A stretch of 64,000 nt of DNA from Sminthopsis crassicaudata (GCF_048593235.1 NC_133617.1:645524958-645588957), one strand, 5' to 3'. Shown: positions 35,017-47,965, counted from the first letter of the stretch. Program-made: numbers and translations. Notes: generated by a model not told the origin, from the letters alone.

Positions 35017-35639
35017 TGGAAGTGGATATCTTCAATATAGAGAAGAACTAATCCAATTCCAATTGATCAATGATGGACAGAATCATCTACCATCCAGAGA
35101 AGGAACACTGGGAAATGAGTGTAAAAACTGTTGGCACTTTTTTGTTTTTCTCCCCAGGTTACTTTTATCTTCCAAATNNNNNNNNNNNNNNNNNNNNNNN
35201 NNNNNNNNNNNNNNNNNNNNNNNNNNNNNNNNNNNNNNNNNNNNNNNNNNNNNNNNNNNNNNNNNNNNNNNNNNNNNNNNNNNNNNNNNNNNNNNNNNNN
35301 NNNNNNNNNNNNNATAACATATTTAATATGTATGGGAATGCCTGCCATTTAGGGGAGAGGGTGGAGGGAAGGAGGGGAAATTTTTGGAACAGAAGGGAGT
35401 ATCTGGGATAATGTATAAAAATACCTATGCATATGTACTGTCAAAAATGTTATAATTATTAAATTAATAAAAAATATATATGGCAAATGTTATTTCACTT
35501 GACCTTCTCTGGTTCTCATTTTTTAAAAATCCTGCTGGTAAGTGTTATTATTATCCCCATTTTACAGCTGAGGAAATGCAAGTAAATTTACTTTATAACT
35601 TCCTATCTAAATCCTAATGCATGTTTTCTATACTTTTTT

Positions 35640-36520
35640 CTAGGAAACAAACTAGAAACTTTTGTTATGGAAACAAGAATGATTAGAGGACTTGGATGGT
35701 AGCTGTAATAGCAAAAACAAAGGCCAGACCAACACATAGGAATGGTAAGAGGACGGAATCCTGAATTAGCACTAGGAATAGGATCTGGCACAATTTGGTA
35801 CCTTCATAGTCTTTTACCCAGTTACAGTTCAAACTTTCAGGGTGGAAAAGAGTGGTAGCAATGGCAATGAAGCATGTTCCCTATCTGGATAAGGACCAGA
35901 GTATAGACAAGGAGGCCAGTGACCAGAACTCTCCTTTGAAAACACCAAAGATCTACAAGCTTCTATATCAAGATACAGAAGCTCAGTCTAGACATCCTAC
36001 CAAAGATAAGCAGAGCCCAACTGTAACAAAACATTCAAATAGGAATTGGGACTGGGAAAATGAGCTACCCACTGTCCCAAGAAAGAACCTCATCATACAA
36101 AGAATTCATGCTGAAGGGGAAGCTCAAGACACAAACTCAGAAGACAGTAATTTGAACACATCTCCAAACAAAGCCTCAAACGAAATATGCAGATTGGACA
36201 CAAGCCCAAAAAGAATCCTTAAAAGAGCTAAAAAAAGATTTTAAAAAAAGCAAAAAATAAATGAATAAAATAAGAGTGATAGAGGGGAAAATTTGGGAAA
36301 GAAATGAGAGCAACTCAAGAAAAGTTAAAAAAGAATTAATTGCTTAATTAAAAGAGGCTCAAAATGTACTGAAAAAATATTTCTCTCAATGTCATAATTA
36401 GCTGAATGGTAAAAAAAAAATAACTCCTTAAAAATTAGAATTGGTCAAATTTAAATTAGTGATCATATATGAAGAAACAATAAAACAAAGTGAAAAGAAA
36501 CATTTGACAGAATCACAGAA
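35640..36520 (+). mobile_element. Older L1 lineage, 5'UTR end plus ORF1 N-terminal remnant
   Basis: GAAGCTCAAGACACAAACTCAGAAGAC...AAAGCCTCAAA...TTGGACACAAGCCCAA...AAAGAGCTAAAAAAAGATTTT is L1 ORF1-like. The ORF at 35852-36244 lies inside it. Confidence 0.8.
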
Positions 36521-37119
36521 TTGTTAAAAAAAAATGTCTCATTAGCTTTTCTTACCTCCAGATAGAATTGTATTCAAAACATCCTAGACACTTTTCTATT
36601 TAGGGCATCACTTGTATCAAATTGCCTAATCCACCAAGCTAGGGACAAGGTTTGAATGTCACAGGAACTATTTCTCAGTAAGAGCTGAAACAAAGTTTTG
36701 AAAAACTTCTCCAGCTGGACTTAGGACAAGGCGAATAAATATATTTTTACTAATGGTTGAAGTCAACCTTACTCCAAGACATGATTAAAATAAGTCAATG
36801 CTGAGTTTGCAGAGACAGGATACATGTAGAAAATAAGCCACATTTCTAGGGAGTTTAAATTTGCTTAAGAGTTTATCCAATTCAGGCTCTCTTTCTTACT
36901 TATACACACATGAACAATGTATTTAAATATTGTGTTTCCTCAATTACCCAGTGAGAGCACTAGATGGATGATGTCAATATTTCCTTCCAGTTCTAAAACT
37001 ACTATATCAATGAGTTAGAAAAGTGCTGCACAAGGCCCATCAAGATTCATCAAAATAAAAATCACACACAGCACATCACCTAAGAACATCGCCTAAAAAC
37101 TTCTACCTATCCCCATCTT

Positions 37120-37385
37120 CTCTGAGGCTCCTAGATGACCATTGGAAAGAGTGTTGCTCTTGGGATCAGGAGAATCCTGAATTCAAATTTTGCCTTTGGT
37201 ACTTACAAGCTACGTCACCCTGTAAAGTCTTACCCTAACTCCTTTTTATCTCAGTTTTCTCATCTGTGAAATGGAGATCATTATAGCATCTACCTCCCAG
37301 AGAGTCTGTGAGAAGAAAAGTGATATAGGCAAGACATTTTGTAAATCTTAAAGCACTATATATATAAATGTGCTTTATCATCATT
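37120..37385 (+). mobile_element. Near full-length MIR
   Basis: GGAAAGAGTGTTGCTCTTGGGATCAGGAG...CTCAGTTTTCTCATCTGTGAAATGGAGAT...AAAGCACTATATATATAAATG. Confidence 0.8.
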
Positions 37386-37504
37386 ATCCTCACTGTCTAG
37401 TTCAGACATATCACTTCTCACCTGGATTATTGTAAAAACTTCCTAATTGGTCTTCCTAGTTCCAATCCCCCTCCCCTCTCCTTTCTTCAACTCTTATAAC
37501 CCTA

Positions 37505-37710
37505 TCTGAGGTTTTCTTAACAGAGATACTGGAATGGATTGTTATTTACTTCTCTAGCTTATTTTACAGATGAGGAAACTGAAGCAAACAGGGTTAAGTT
37601 ACTTGCTCAGGGTCACCCAGCTAGTAAGTCTCTGAGTCCAAATTTTAACTAAGGAAAATGAGGATTCCCAATTCCAGGCCTGGCACTCTATTCATGGCAC
37701 TACCTACTTA
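37505..37710 (-). mobile_element. MAR1-type SINE nested in an L2 (about 37390-38150, +)
   Basis: GAGGTTTTCTTAACAGAGATACTGGAATGG...ACAGATGAGGAAACTGAAGC, with L2-like sequence on both sides. Confidence 0.75.
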
Positions 37711-38701
37711 TTAAAGTCAAATTCTTAATGCACAGACCTAGCCAGATCACAGCCCTTCTCAGAAACCTTCAGTGGTCCTCTCTTTCTTGACTGAAGGATA
37801 AATATAATATCCCCACTTTATTTTTAATATCTCTCTACATCTATCAAGAAAGTTTCCAGTATCATTACATAAAACTGTCTTTTTATGCAATCTACATTCT
37901 GAACCTACTTGCTTTTTATGCAATCTACATTCTGAACTACTTGCTTCTCATCAATGTCATCTTTCTATTGCTCACTTATTTGCATCTTTATTGACATCTT
38001 GTTCTTCTTTCAAGACCCAGATAAGATGCCATCTCTGAAATCTTCCTTGATTCTCACTCTACCTCTGGTTTCTCAACTTTTCCTTGAGTTATTTGTTTGA
38101 ATTTCTCCTTTATCCCTTTATCTTACAAGTTATTATCTAATAGTATGTAAATTAATTGGGGTCAAGTAAAATAATTGAAGTTGGCATAAATTAAACCCAA
38201 CAATTTGTTACATCTTTTAAAATATTTTTAATATACAAATATATTCACTATTTTGCTTCAGTCACTTTCTTCACATGATTTGACATAATCTGTACAAGAT
38301 TTTTATATATTCTTCATTATAGAACCATTGTAATTATGCTGATGATTTAATTTACTTTTGGTCAATACTTTGCTCTATTTCGGTCTAGTTTTCATTAGAA
38401 TCCAAATGTTTTCACAAAGCAAATTCTCAGACCACATATATCATCACTTATTGGATAAATTTCTCAACCATTTGTGACATATGGTATGGTGCAAGATCAT
38501 ATTACTGTATTCCATTTGGGAATAGTTCTACTTGTCAGTATATCAATATATTTATCAGAATGCATCATTTCTTTAATGAGGACAAGACTTTCAGACCCAG
38601 TAGAAATAAAAAAGCATCTCTCCAACATTTTTAAGAGTAGTAGATATTTTATAGTTTTATGGATATGTAAATCTTATAAGATCTCTTGGATTTCTTCCAC
38701 T

Positions 38702-39005
38702 GTTTTTTGTTTGTTTTCTTTTGTTTCGTTTTACAGACTAGGTCTCCATCTGGCCTAGGCTAGAAGTACAGTGGTCATTCCTGGGCTCAATTCCACTACC
38801 AATTAGCTCAGATGCTTTGATTTGCTCCATTTCTGACCGGGTTCAGTTTGATGTTCCTTCAGCAGCCTGGTAAACTCCTGTTCATGAAGCTACTCATGTT
38901 TAAGTTATGTACTTAAAACCAATTAGGTGTAGATCTTCCATAGCTCAGAATTCTCAAATTTAAGTAATTCTCTAACCTCAGCCTCTCTCAGTAACAGGGG
39001 AGTTA
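38702..39005 (-). pseudogene. RN7SL: Near full-length 7SL (SRP) RNA retrocopy or 7SL-derived SINE with A-rich tail
   Basis: Colinear with the 7SL reverse complement: GACTAGGTCTC, AGGCTAGAAGTACAGTGG, CCACTAC, TGCTCCATTTCTGACC, CAGCCTGGT and CCTCAGCCTC. T-rich tail at 38702-38732. Confidence 0.85.
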
Positions 39006-41319
39006 CTCTCACAGTTTTAACCAGACCTCTTCCGACAGTGGTTTGGGTATAGTTTTGAATTTAAAAAACAAAAAGTCAATTTTATTGATGTCTTTTACCC
39101 TTTCCTCAACTTTGTATTACCATATCCAAAACAAGTATCTCTTTTCTGCATATCAATGATTATAGCTGCATTTTTTAAAATTGTGTTTTTCATTGATCTT
39201 CAGATTTCAAGAAGTCTGGGTTACACTAAAGAGGAATGAGTAAAATGTCATATGTTTCTTTCTCCTGCTGAGAGTCTTTGTTTGTTTTCTAAGATTCTTT
39301 AGGCTGTTTTTTGGACGTCATTGTTTAATTCTTTGCATTACTTTTCCCTTTTTGACCATACTTTCCTTTGTACATCAATGCAACTAACTTTGTCTCATTT
39401 TGGTTTTGAATGATCCTTGAAATTCTTGACTTCTTTATATCAACAACTGCTGTAATATCTCTTAATAATCATGGAAGTGTGCTCTTTAAGAGATAAAAAC
39501 TTTTGTACATATCCTTATAGTAATTATCCATCCTCTAAATCCATGGAACCAAAAACACAAGAAAAGAGAGTAATAACATATACATATGATATCCAATCCA
39601 AGACTAAACCAAAATAGAACAAATAAAGGTGGGAAAAACCATTCAATATGGTTTTATATGGTTAAAGTCATACCTCTGAGTCAGCCTAATGTCAATAGAA
39701 GTACCTATGTGATCATTCCAATAACAAAATGAAACCACATTAAAAGTATTGCCTACCCTAAGTAATTTGCACACCACTGTACTTATTAGTGGACATATCA
39801 TACTCTAAATTATAGGCTACTAGAGGGCAGGGGCTGTTTATTTTTCATCTTTGTTTCCCTAGAGTCTTGAACTGAGTAAGCGTTTAATGAATGCTGAATT
39901 GAATTTGTATTTGATTTGTTTGCCAACTTGGCAAGCCAAGATATAGAACCCCTGCTGGTGAGTTAGTGTCTCCAGCTAATGGCTTGTTCCAATGTCTTCT
40001 CTTCTCTATAGACTTTTAAACTTTTTTTTTGGAGTCTACCCAAGTTCTTTTGAGTTTCCAGATCTGTGGAAGGACAGCCTACAAGCACCCCATTTCCTGA
40101 CTCTGCTGCTAAGCTTCAGGGAACACATTTTGTTATTTCCACTTTTATGAGTCCAGCAGAAATACTAGGTCTGATTCCTCATCATAGGCTGAGCGGTGCC
40201 TTGGAGTGCTGCTGTGCTGGGAGGGAAAGGGGGATTCTATTGAACAAAGGCCAGGAAGGGTCAAAGAAAAGTTAATAAAAAATGTATATTAGATCCACTG
40301 CCTAAGCAGGAATCTTGGCTTTCTGATGTTTCCTAAAAGGGACTGAGGTGTAAATATAATTTCCTGTGTTCTATTACAGATTCCTTTTCTTTTTGGAGGG
40401 ATGTCAGTATGAAGGGGTTTTCCCCAACAACAACAAAAAGGCAACATCTTTAAGAGTAGACTAGAAGCAATATGATATGCTAGAAAGAACCAGGAAAAGG
40501 TCAAAAGTCCTGGATTCAAATCCCAGATCTGAAACTTACTACATACATGACTATCAGCAAGTCTTTCCTCTCTGGGTCCATTTTGTCAATCTGAAGAACA
40601 AAAATATTGGGCTAGAAATATGAACTTCCCATCTTCTTCTAAATCCTCTGATCCTAATGACATATCTGCCAAGTAAATTATTATTTAAACATATATGTGA
40701 AGTTTTGTGTATGTGTTCTAGAAGATATGCTGTACGAGAATAATCATATCCTTTTATTATTAAGATTTTGTTGCTTTTTAATTCCTATTTTTGTATGTTC
40801 TAATGAAGTACAAATTGGAAGGAGGAAGAAAAGTTGCTCAAATTTTTTGTAATAATAAATGGACTGTCTTGTGAGGCTATACTTGCCCCTTGCCTCTGGT
40901 GATTACCCAACAGAACATCATTCTTCAATGCCAAGGATAGAAACTTGTTAAAGCTGGGCAGCCTCAGGCAATGTTCAACTCCTTTCTCAAGTTAGCAATA
41001 AAAACTCTCAGGCCTTTTGAGGTTTACAAAGCATTTTCCTTAAAAAGGAGAGCAATAAAAGCATTGTTATCCCCCTTTTTTATAAGTGAAGAAAATGAGA
41101 GTTAGAAGATTTAATGACTTACCAAATATATACAATCATGTCTTCAGAATTCATCTTGGCACATCAGTAAGAAGCTAAAGATTACTCTTGGACCCAAGAA
41201 ATCTGGGCCTTATTTGACTTTTCTGTAGCATATTGAATGGTTTGATATCAGGAAGCCAATTAATTGGAATACTACTTTCAACAAACAGCTTTGTTTCTGT
41301 CCTGAAGCAAATATATATT

Positions 41320-41560
41320 TATTGTTCAGTTATTATCAGTTGTGTTCAATCTTCATAATCCCATTTTGGTTTTCTTGGTAAAAATATCGGAATGGTTCCT
41401 TATTTCCTTTTTCAGCTCATTTTATAGATGAGGAAACTGAAGCAAATAGAGTCTTGACTTGCCCAGGGTCACAAAAGTAGTAAGAGTCTAAAACCAGATT
41501 TGAACTCAGGAAGGTAAGTTTTCCTGACCACAGGTCTGGAGCTCTATCCATGTACCACGT
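41320..41560 (-). mobile_element. MAR1-type SINE
   Basis: CCCATTTTGGTTTTCTTGGTAAAAATATCGGAATGG...CAGCTCATTTTATAGATGAGGAAACTGAAGC. Confidence 0.8.
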
Positions 41561-42479
41561 TGCTGTCCAAAGCAAATACACACACACACAATCACACATA
41601 CATGTAAATAAATAGGTAATACCCAACACTGTTATGCATATATGTATGTGTGTGTGGATATACACACATATTTTTATACATATACATACGTATATATCCA
41701 CACACCCAAAGATAAATTGAGAAAAAGAGAAAGAAGGGATAGGGGCAAGAGAAGGTGTCCCTGAACAGAACTGTGCTGAATACCTGACAGTCTATAGGGT
41801 CCAGTTATATCCCTTATAATGTCTGCTTTTTTTAGGGTTAAGATATTTTCATAATTATTGAAAGGCTACTTCTAATTAGGATAATCAATCAATCACCATC
41901 AAAACATTTAAATTTCATAAATATAATTAACAGCCTGGTGAGGGCTTTAATGTTTATGTTATAGAACTATGTTATCTGTCTCAACAGTTCAATTTGGGGG
42001 AATTTTCCATGAGGGTGACAGAAGGAGTATATATACAACTCACAGTGAAACTAGTTCCTCATAACTGAATCAAATGTGACATCTCAAATGGCAAAGGACA
42101 TAAAGACATTAAGAAAGCCTGCAATTCTGCATGTTGTGATAATGGAACCAGCAACATTTACTACAAATGCTAGCCATCTTATGTAAGCAGAGAACACTTG
42201 CCAAGAATAGTAGGATCCACAGCATCTGCAGGTTAGTTCAGACAGAGTAAATCTTATTCAGGGTAAGGAGGATTAAACCAATGTAATGATTGCTTGCTCT
42301 AAGATAGAGTGCAGTGGGAAACCTAATAATAGAGTATCCTCATAAAAATGTATTCATGAGAAGGTTGGGAACTACTCTAATAGTCTAATAGTATATTTCT
42401 CTTAGTAGTAGGATCTTGACAATTTGAACAAGAGCAAAGCCCTTGGATTTTATCATATTTAGAGATTTAGTGCTTGGCA

Positions 42480-42650
42480 AGAACTACCCAAAAGTGGAAT
42501 GGGCTTCTTCAGTAGGTGATAAGTTACCCATGAGATGAGATCTTCAAGGGGAGAACGAATAATCCCTTGTCAGAGATGCTATAGAGAGGACATGTGCTCA
42601 ACTTAGATGACTTTTGATTCATCCAATTCCAAGATTTTATGATTCTGAAC
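42480..42650 (+). mobile_element. CR1/L3 3' end
   Basis: CCCAAAAGTGGAATGGGCTTCTTCAGTAGGTGATAAG...ATCTTCAAG...GATTTTATGATTCTG. Confidence 0.7.
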
Positions 42651-42724
42651 AGCAAAATTCTCAGAAATAGATGAGCATAAAAAAGCAATTACCCCTATCT
42701 GTAGAATAATTAATAAAGCCGTGA

Positions 42725-42975
42725 AAACAGTGAAGTGACACAGTGGATAGAACACTAAAATGGGACTCAGAAAAACATGTGTTTTTCAGGTGCTTATGAG
42801 CTATGTGACTTTGGGCAAGTCACTTAACTTGCCTGCCTCAATTTATCCAGATGTAAAATGGGAACAATCGTAGCATCTATCTCCCAGGGCTATTGTGAAG
42901 TGAAAAAGGAATCATATTTGTAAAGACCTTTGCAAACCTTAAGGCACTATTTTAGTGCTAGATACGTTTATTATT
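42725..42975 (+). mobile_element. Near full-length MIR
   Basis: CAGTGGATAGAACACT...TGTGACTTTGGGCAAGTCACTTAAC...TGTAAAATGGG...TTTGCAAACCTTAAGGCACTAT. Confidence 0.82.
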
Positions 42976-43584
42976 CTGGATTAGACTCAGCAGCACAAGG
43001 ACACTTTCTTGAATGTCAAAAAATTACTGACTTTTAAGACTCTACTAACCCATTACCATGAACATAAAGCACTGCTTCTACCTTTGATCATCCACCAGTA
43101 AAATGGGAGCCACATTTCGCCACAAATGCCAGATAATATCAAAGTACCAATTACTGACTACTCAGGAAAAACATAACGGACACAAGTAAACTGTACATTA
43201 ACAATGATACCATTGCTCTTATCACTGGATTCAAGACATTCTGCAAATGCCCCTCTGGAGATATTTTTACAATTTGATACATTGTTACTGTTTTTATCTC
43301 TTTGGTTTCCTCTTAGTTAGCTCTGTTACTTATGAATTCCCATGTCTGTGCTTAGCAGTGGTCGCCACAATGGAGACCCTTCTGGCAATGGTTCTGTAGT
43401 CATAAAGCAAGTCAGGGAAAAGCCTGCCCACTACTCTTCCTTGCACTGATACCTGACACAAGAAAATTTGAAACACAGAAGATATCAATCACTGAATCCA
43501 TTTTTCAATCAATAAACTTGAATTGAGTGAGGTCTTAGGCGCAACTCTATCCCAAGTTGTGGTTAATGCAGAAGGAAGAACCTC

Positions 43585-43850
43585 TGATTCTAAGGAGTTT
43601 AAAATAATTTGTTCAATCATTTTCATCATATCTGATTTCATTTGGCATTTTCATGGCAAAGATATCGGAGTGGTTTACTGTTTCCTTCTAAGCTCATTTT
43701 ACAGATGAGGAAACTGAGGCAAACTTGGTTAAGTGAGTTGACCAGAGTCACTCATCTAGTAAGTATCTGAGGCCATTTTGAACTCAGGAAGATGAGGAGT
43801 CTTTTTGACTTCAGGTAAGGCACTCTATCTACTGTACATAGCTGCTCTCT
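43585..43850 (-). mobile_element. MAR1-type SINE
   Basis: TTTTCATGGCAAAGATATCGGAGTGG...AGCTCATTTTACAGATGAGGAAACTGAGGC. Confidence 0.8.
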
Positions 43851-44559
43851 GGAAAAAAAAAAAAAAAAAAACTAAAGCATGATAAAAAAATTAAACATCA
43901 CACTGTTGATTCAAGTCAACAAGCATTGTTATACACATACTTTGTGCAAAGCATTGTTGTGATTTTGTGAGAGAAAATCTTGGTCCAGATTAATCCCACA
44001 GTTTCTAAGATCTACTGTGCTAAGGAAAGAAAAGACAGGAAAGAGAGAGAAAAAGGGTAAAGAAAAGAAAGGGAGGAAAGAAATAAAAGGAAGAAGGTAA
44101 AAAATCTAAAAATATAAAATAATACCTAATGAACATTTGCAGATGTTTATGCATATAACATATGCATAACCTAGATGAAGAGCAGACATGAAAATGTCTT
44201 GGTTTGCAGAATAAGAGGCTTCAAATGAACAAGCAAGTTGTCTTTGTGTCTTCTTCAGAGCACAGAGCTGTAGAGAATATGTAGAACATATTCGTGACTG
44301 CCCCAAAGCATTAAACTATTTCATACTCATTTTACATTTTCTTACAGCCCAACAAACAAGCCTGATCACTTGCTCTTTTTTAAAAAAATATATATACAAA
44401 AATTTGACTTTATTGTGAATAAAATAAATAAAAACAATGAGCACTAAACCTTGTTTATATACTGCGGTGTCTCCTCCATTCATTTATTATTAGCTTTAAA
44501 ATAAATACATTGTTATGTAGTTGTGATCAAGTGTGTGTATAATACTACTTTGCTGCCTG

Positions 44560-44925
44560 CCTTTCTTCCACTTAATATGACTTCAGCCATATTTTCATGG
44601 GGTGACTCAAGTCAGAACATTAGTCACTTTTCTTTGCTATTTGAAACACTTAATCTTTTTACCCTTTTGTAGTGGGAGTAGCAATTGGGGAGGGGTGAGT
44701 TGCTATTAAATTACTATGCAATGCACTGCTATGAACATCTCTGCATAAATTACTTTCTTCTCCCCCCACCCCAATCTTTTGTTATTTCCTTAGGGCAACT
44801 TCCCCAAAGTAGAATTCTCAGGTCAAAGGGTTTCAACAGTTCTGTAGCTCTTATTACATAGGATCATATTGCTCTCCAGAAAAATTGAACCCGTTTACAA
44901 TGCCACCAGTGATGTAATAATGCAT
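44560..44925 (-). mobile_element. Ancient L1 ORF2 3' fragment
   Basis: GCTATGAACATCTCTG...AGTAGAATTCTCAGGTCAAAGGG...ATTGCTCTCCAGAAAAATTGAACCCGTTTACAATGCCACCAG follows the antisense L1M-type pattern. Confidence 0.7.
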
Positions 44926-46769
44926 TTGTTTTAAGGACTCTCAGAATCTTTGAGATGGAAGGCCACCTGGCTCAGTCCTACAGTCTCATCAAGACTCTAG
45001 TTTTAGAGATCATATTATTTTTTTCTAGCTTAATAGCACAAAAGTCCAAGTCTCAGTCACTATTATAATAGGTGATGATTCTGGGTTTTCTAAAGCCATA
45101 TTTGTGGTACAGTAGCTCTGACAGAGCCCTGTGTAGCTGCAAAGCCTTTGAGCATAAGACAGGCATTAGGAAATTTGCAGAGGTTCCCCATCAGAATATG
45201 GACAACAATTCCTTTTCTCCAAAACAAATCTTTAAACTTTCTTCTAAGTTTTGGAAAGAACACCTTATTGATGAAGTTATGACTCTTGAAGTATTGAAAT
45301 AACTATTTGATCACAGTCAAGCTCCTTCTTTAGAGGTACAGTCAGAACTATCCTATTATCTTTGCTTAGTGGGAATAGAAAAGGANNNNNNNNNNNNNNN
45401 NNNNNNNNNNNNNNNNNNNNNNNNNNNNNNNNNNNNNNNNNNNNNNNNNNNNNNNNNNNNNNNNNNNNNNNNNNNNNNNNNNNNNNNNNNNNNNNNNNNN
45501 NNNNNNNNNNNNNCTATATGTAGACCTAGACAGATATATACACATTCATACATATTTGCACATACTATAAATGTCAAAATCTTTCCCTCTGTCTATAAAC
45601 ACACCCTCTCATATGCGCCACCCGCCTAGTTGTTACTGTTCAGCCTCTGGGTAGTTCAGAAGAAGGAACCACCATCATAGTTCAGAGTGGAATGGAACTG
45701 GCCATTGGCTACATAGCAGTGACTAAGTCAGATGTGCTGCCAATTAGCTGTTTTTTCCCATAAAAAGGTGCCAAGTTGTGGTTTCATTCAAGTTCTCACC
45801 CACAGATTTAGAGGTTTTCCTGTAGCTCAGCACCTCTTTTACCTCATTCACCTCATTGGTGGCCAGAAATAAGCCCATCCTTGCTTTTAACTTTGTATCT
45901 CCTCCTTCCCACGTGTCACAGGAATTTTATTCTCTGACTCACCAGTGAAAATGTGCGATCCCCTTTTCTACTTTGCTGGAACCTTCAGATGGGGTCTGTA
46001 GGAACCTGGCAACTGAATCCCAGTACCTTCTTACTTTTTCCCTATTCTTGGCCTCTCTTTCACCCCCAAACCATTTTCCTCACAATGCTTGTCATGGATT
46101 TCACCTCCCACCTCCATTTGTTTGTCTTCTGTCATAGTTTAATACCAATGACAGAAGATAAATAATCTCCTTCAAAACAAAACCCTAAGACCCACTGGTT
46201 TGCATAAACATTCCTCCAGTGGTGGGAGTCTGGTACAACTTATGTCCCAATACTTACTGTACATAGATTCATGGAGTGCTTCATTAAAAATATGAATTCA
46301 AGCTTTCTTGTATCCCTTTCCCTTTTTTCTTTTTGCTTTCCAGAGAGTTGGACAAGGAAGCAGTATAGGATCAAGAACTAGATGGTTGTAAAGATCATCT
46401 TGTCTAACCCTTTAATTTTACAGATAAAGAAAAGGAGCCTCAGAGAACAGGAATAACTCACTCAAAGTCAGATAGATACTAAATAGCAGAGCCAGAATCT
46501 GAACCTGAAGCCTCCAACACATGTTCTTTCTTGGGGCAGCTAAGTGACACTGTGGATAAAACACCAGATCTAGAGTCAGGAAAACCAGAGCTCAAATCCA
46601 ACCTCAAAGAGTTACTAGCTGTGTGAACCTGGACCTCTATTTGACTCACAACAATTATTAAATAGGAATAATGGACCTTACAGAATTGTCCTTCTTCCCG
46701 TGCTGTTATGAGGTAACTGCAGATGATTTAGCACAGCTCCTGGCACATGGCAGAGCCTATATTTTTGTT

Positions 46770-46975
46770 CTTAACTCATTTTTTCAGATATGTTCTACTC
46801 TCCAAGACCCTATTTGAGTTTTTCTTAGCAAAGATCATGGAGTTCTTTGCCATTTCCTTCTCAAGCTCATTTTACAGATGAGGAAATTGAGGCAAATAGG
46901 GGTAAGTGATTTGCCTAAGGTCACAGAACTAATAAGTGTCTGCAGTCAGATTTGAATTCGGGAAAATTTCCAGCA
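46770..46975 (-). mobile_element. MAR1-type SINE, adjacent to a + strand MIR-like SINE (about 46530-46760)
   Basis: TTTTCTTAGCAAAGATCATGGAG...GCCATTTCCTTCTCAAGCTCATTTTACAGATGAGGAAA. Confidence 0.75.
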
Positions 46976-47965
46976 TACTCTATCTACTATATAAATGTTT
47001 ATTATTATTTTATGTGAGCTACTATTTTTCTTCCATGTTGTACTCTTCACATCCTTTCTCTCATACACATAATGATGGATAGTGTCTCTCTCACTATCAC
47101 AGGAAAAGCCTAAGAGTCATTATGTTGTCCTCATCCCTAACACCCATAGGAAATCTGAGAACTTACTGCTGTCTTTATTGATAATGATAAAAGAAAGTAC
47201 TATCAGCCACATGTGGTGCCAAGACTCATAGTTCAATCCTATTGTTGTGCCCAGTGAACCTTGTGCCAGGCAAAACATTGATAAAAGTTGAAAAAACATA
47301 TAATGAGTTGTAGTCATTCAGAGATAATTCAGGAAAATACAACATCCATTGTCTTATTAATCTTTTAGAAATAAACTATTTAGACATTAAGATTTGCAGA
47401 CTCCCACAAGCTGAAAATAACTGGCTGAAACAAAATTGTAAATTGGCTGAGGTTTGTATGAGGAATGCTTCCATTCCTTTCTGTCTCTTTTTTACTTTCT
47501 CAGACTCCTGATAGTCTTTTATTCATTCAAAAAATATTTATTTAGTGCCTATTATGTGTAGGGCTAGTAGAAAAAAATGTCTGCCTTGCAAACTCCTCTA
47601 AACCAGATGTTTTCCACTTATTCATTAAAATTATTAAAAATTCCTTGAAAGAAATCATTCCTTTCAGCTCATAAAAATATAGTCATAGCAGAGAGATCTA
47701 TGACCATGATAGATGTTTACCAAAGATGAAGAAGATATGCTGTAGAGTACAAGATGAAGCAAGATTCCTTGTGAATTGGGACATCTTCTAAATTCTCCTT
47801 TTCAAGCATTGTCTTAAGTGCATCAAGCCCCAGAATATTGCAGTTTCTTGGAAGGGAACTATAATCATTCAAAATAATTTTGCTTAGTCATTCACAAAAG
47901 GAATACCAAGTAGATGAAGCATATATACTACCCAAATTACAATTTGGAGTAGACAACTTATTACT

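Larger units (their letters stand above)
28961..35468 (+). mobile_element. Full-length LINE-1, inactivated: 5'UTR, ORF1, long spacer, ORF2, 3'UTR with a gap, short A tail
   Basis: Flanked by AAAAAGTATTTATGGCA (28944-28960) and AAAAAATATATATGGCA (35469-35485), 15/17 identical. The left copy follows a T-run, giving a TTTT/AAAA endonuclease site. ORF1 and ORF2 remnants are in the expected order. Confidence 0.97.

Noticed and set aside
35852-36244. 130-aa ORF MVAMAMKHVPY...
   Set aside because: Lies in the 5'UTR/ORF1 region of an old L1; not a host gene.
39946-39960. CACCAGCAGGGGTTC, a CTCF-like site on the - strand
   Set aside because: Lacks the conserved terminal GGC of the core.
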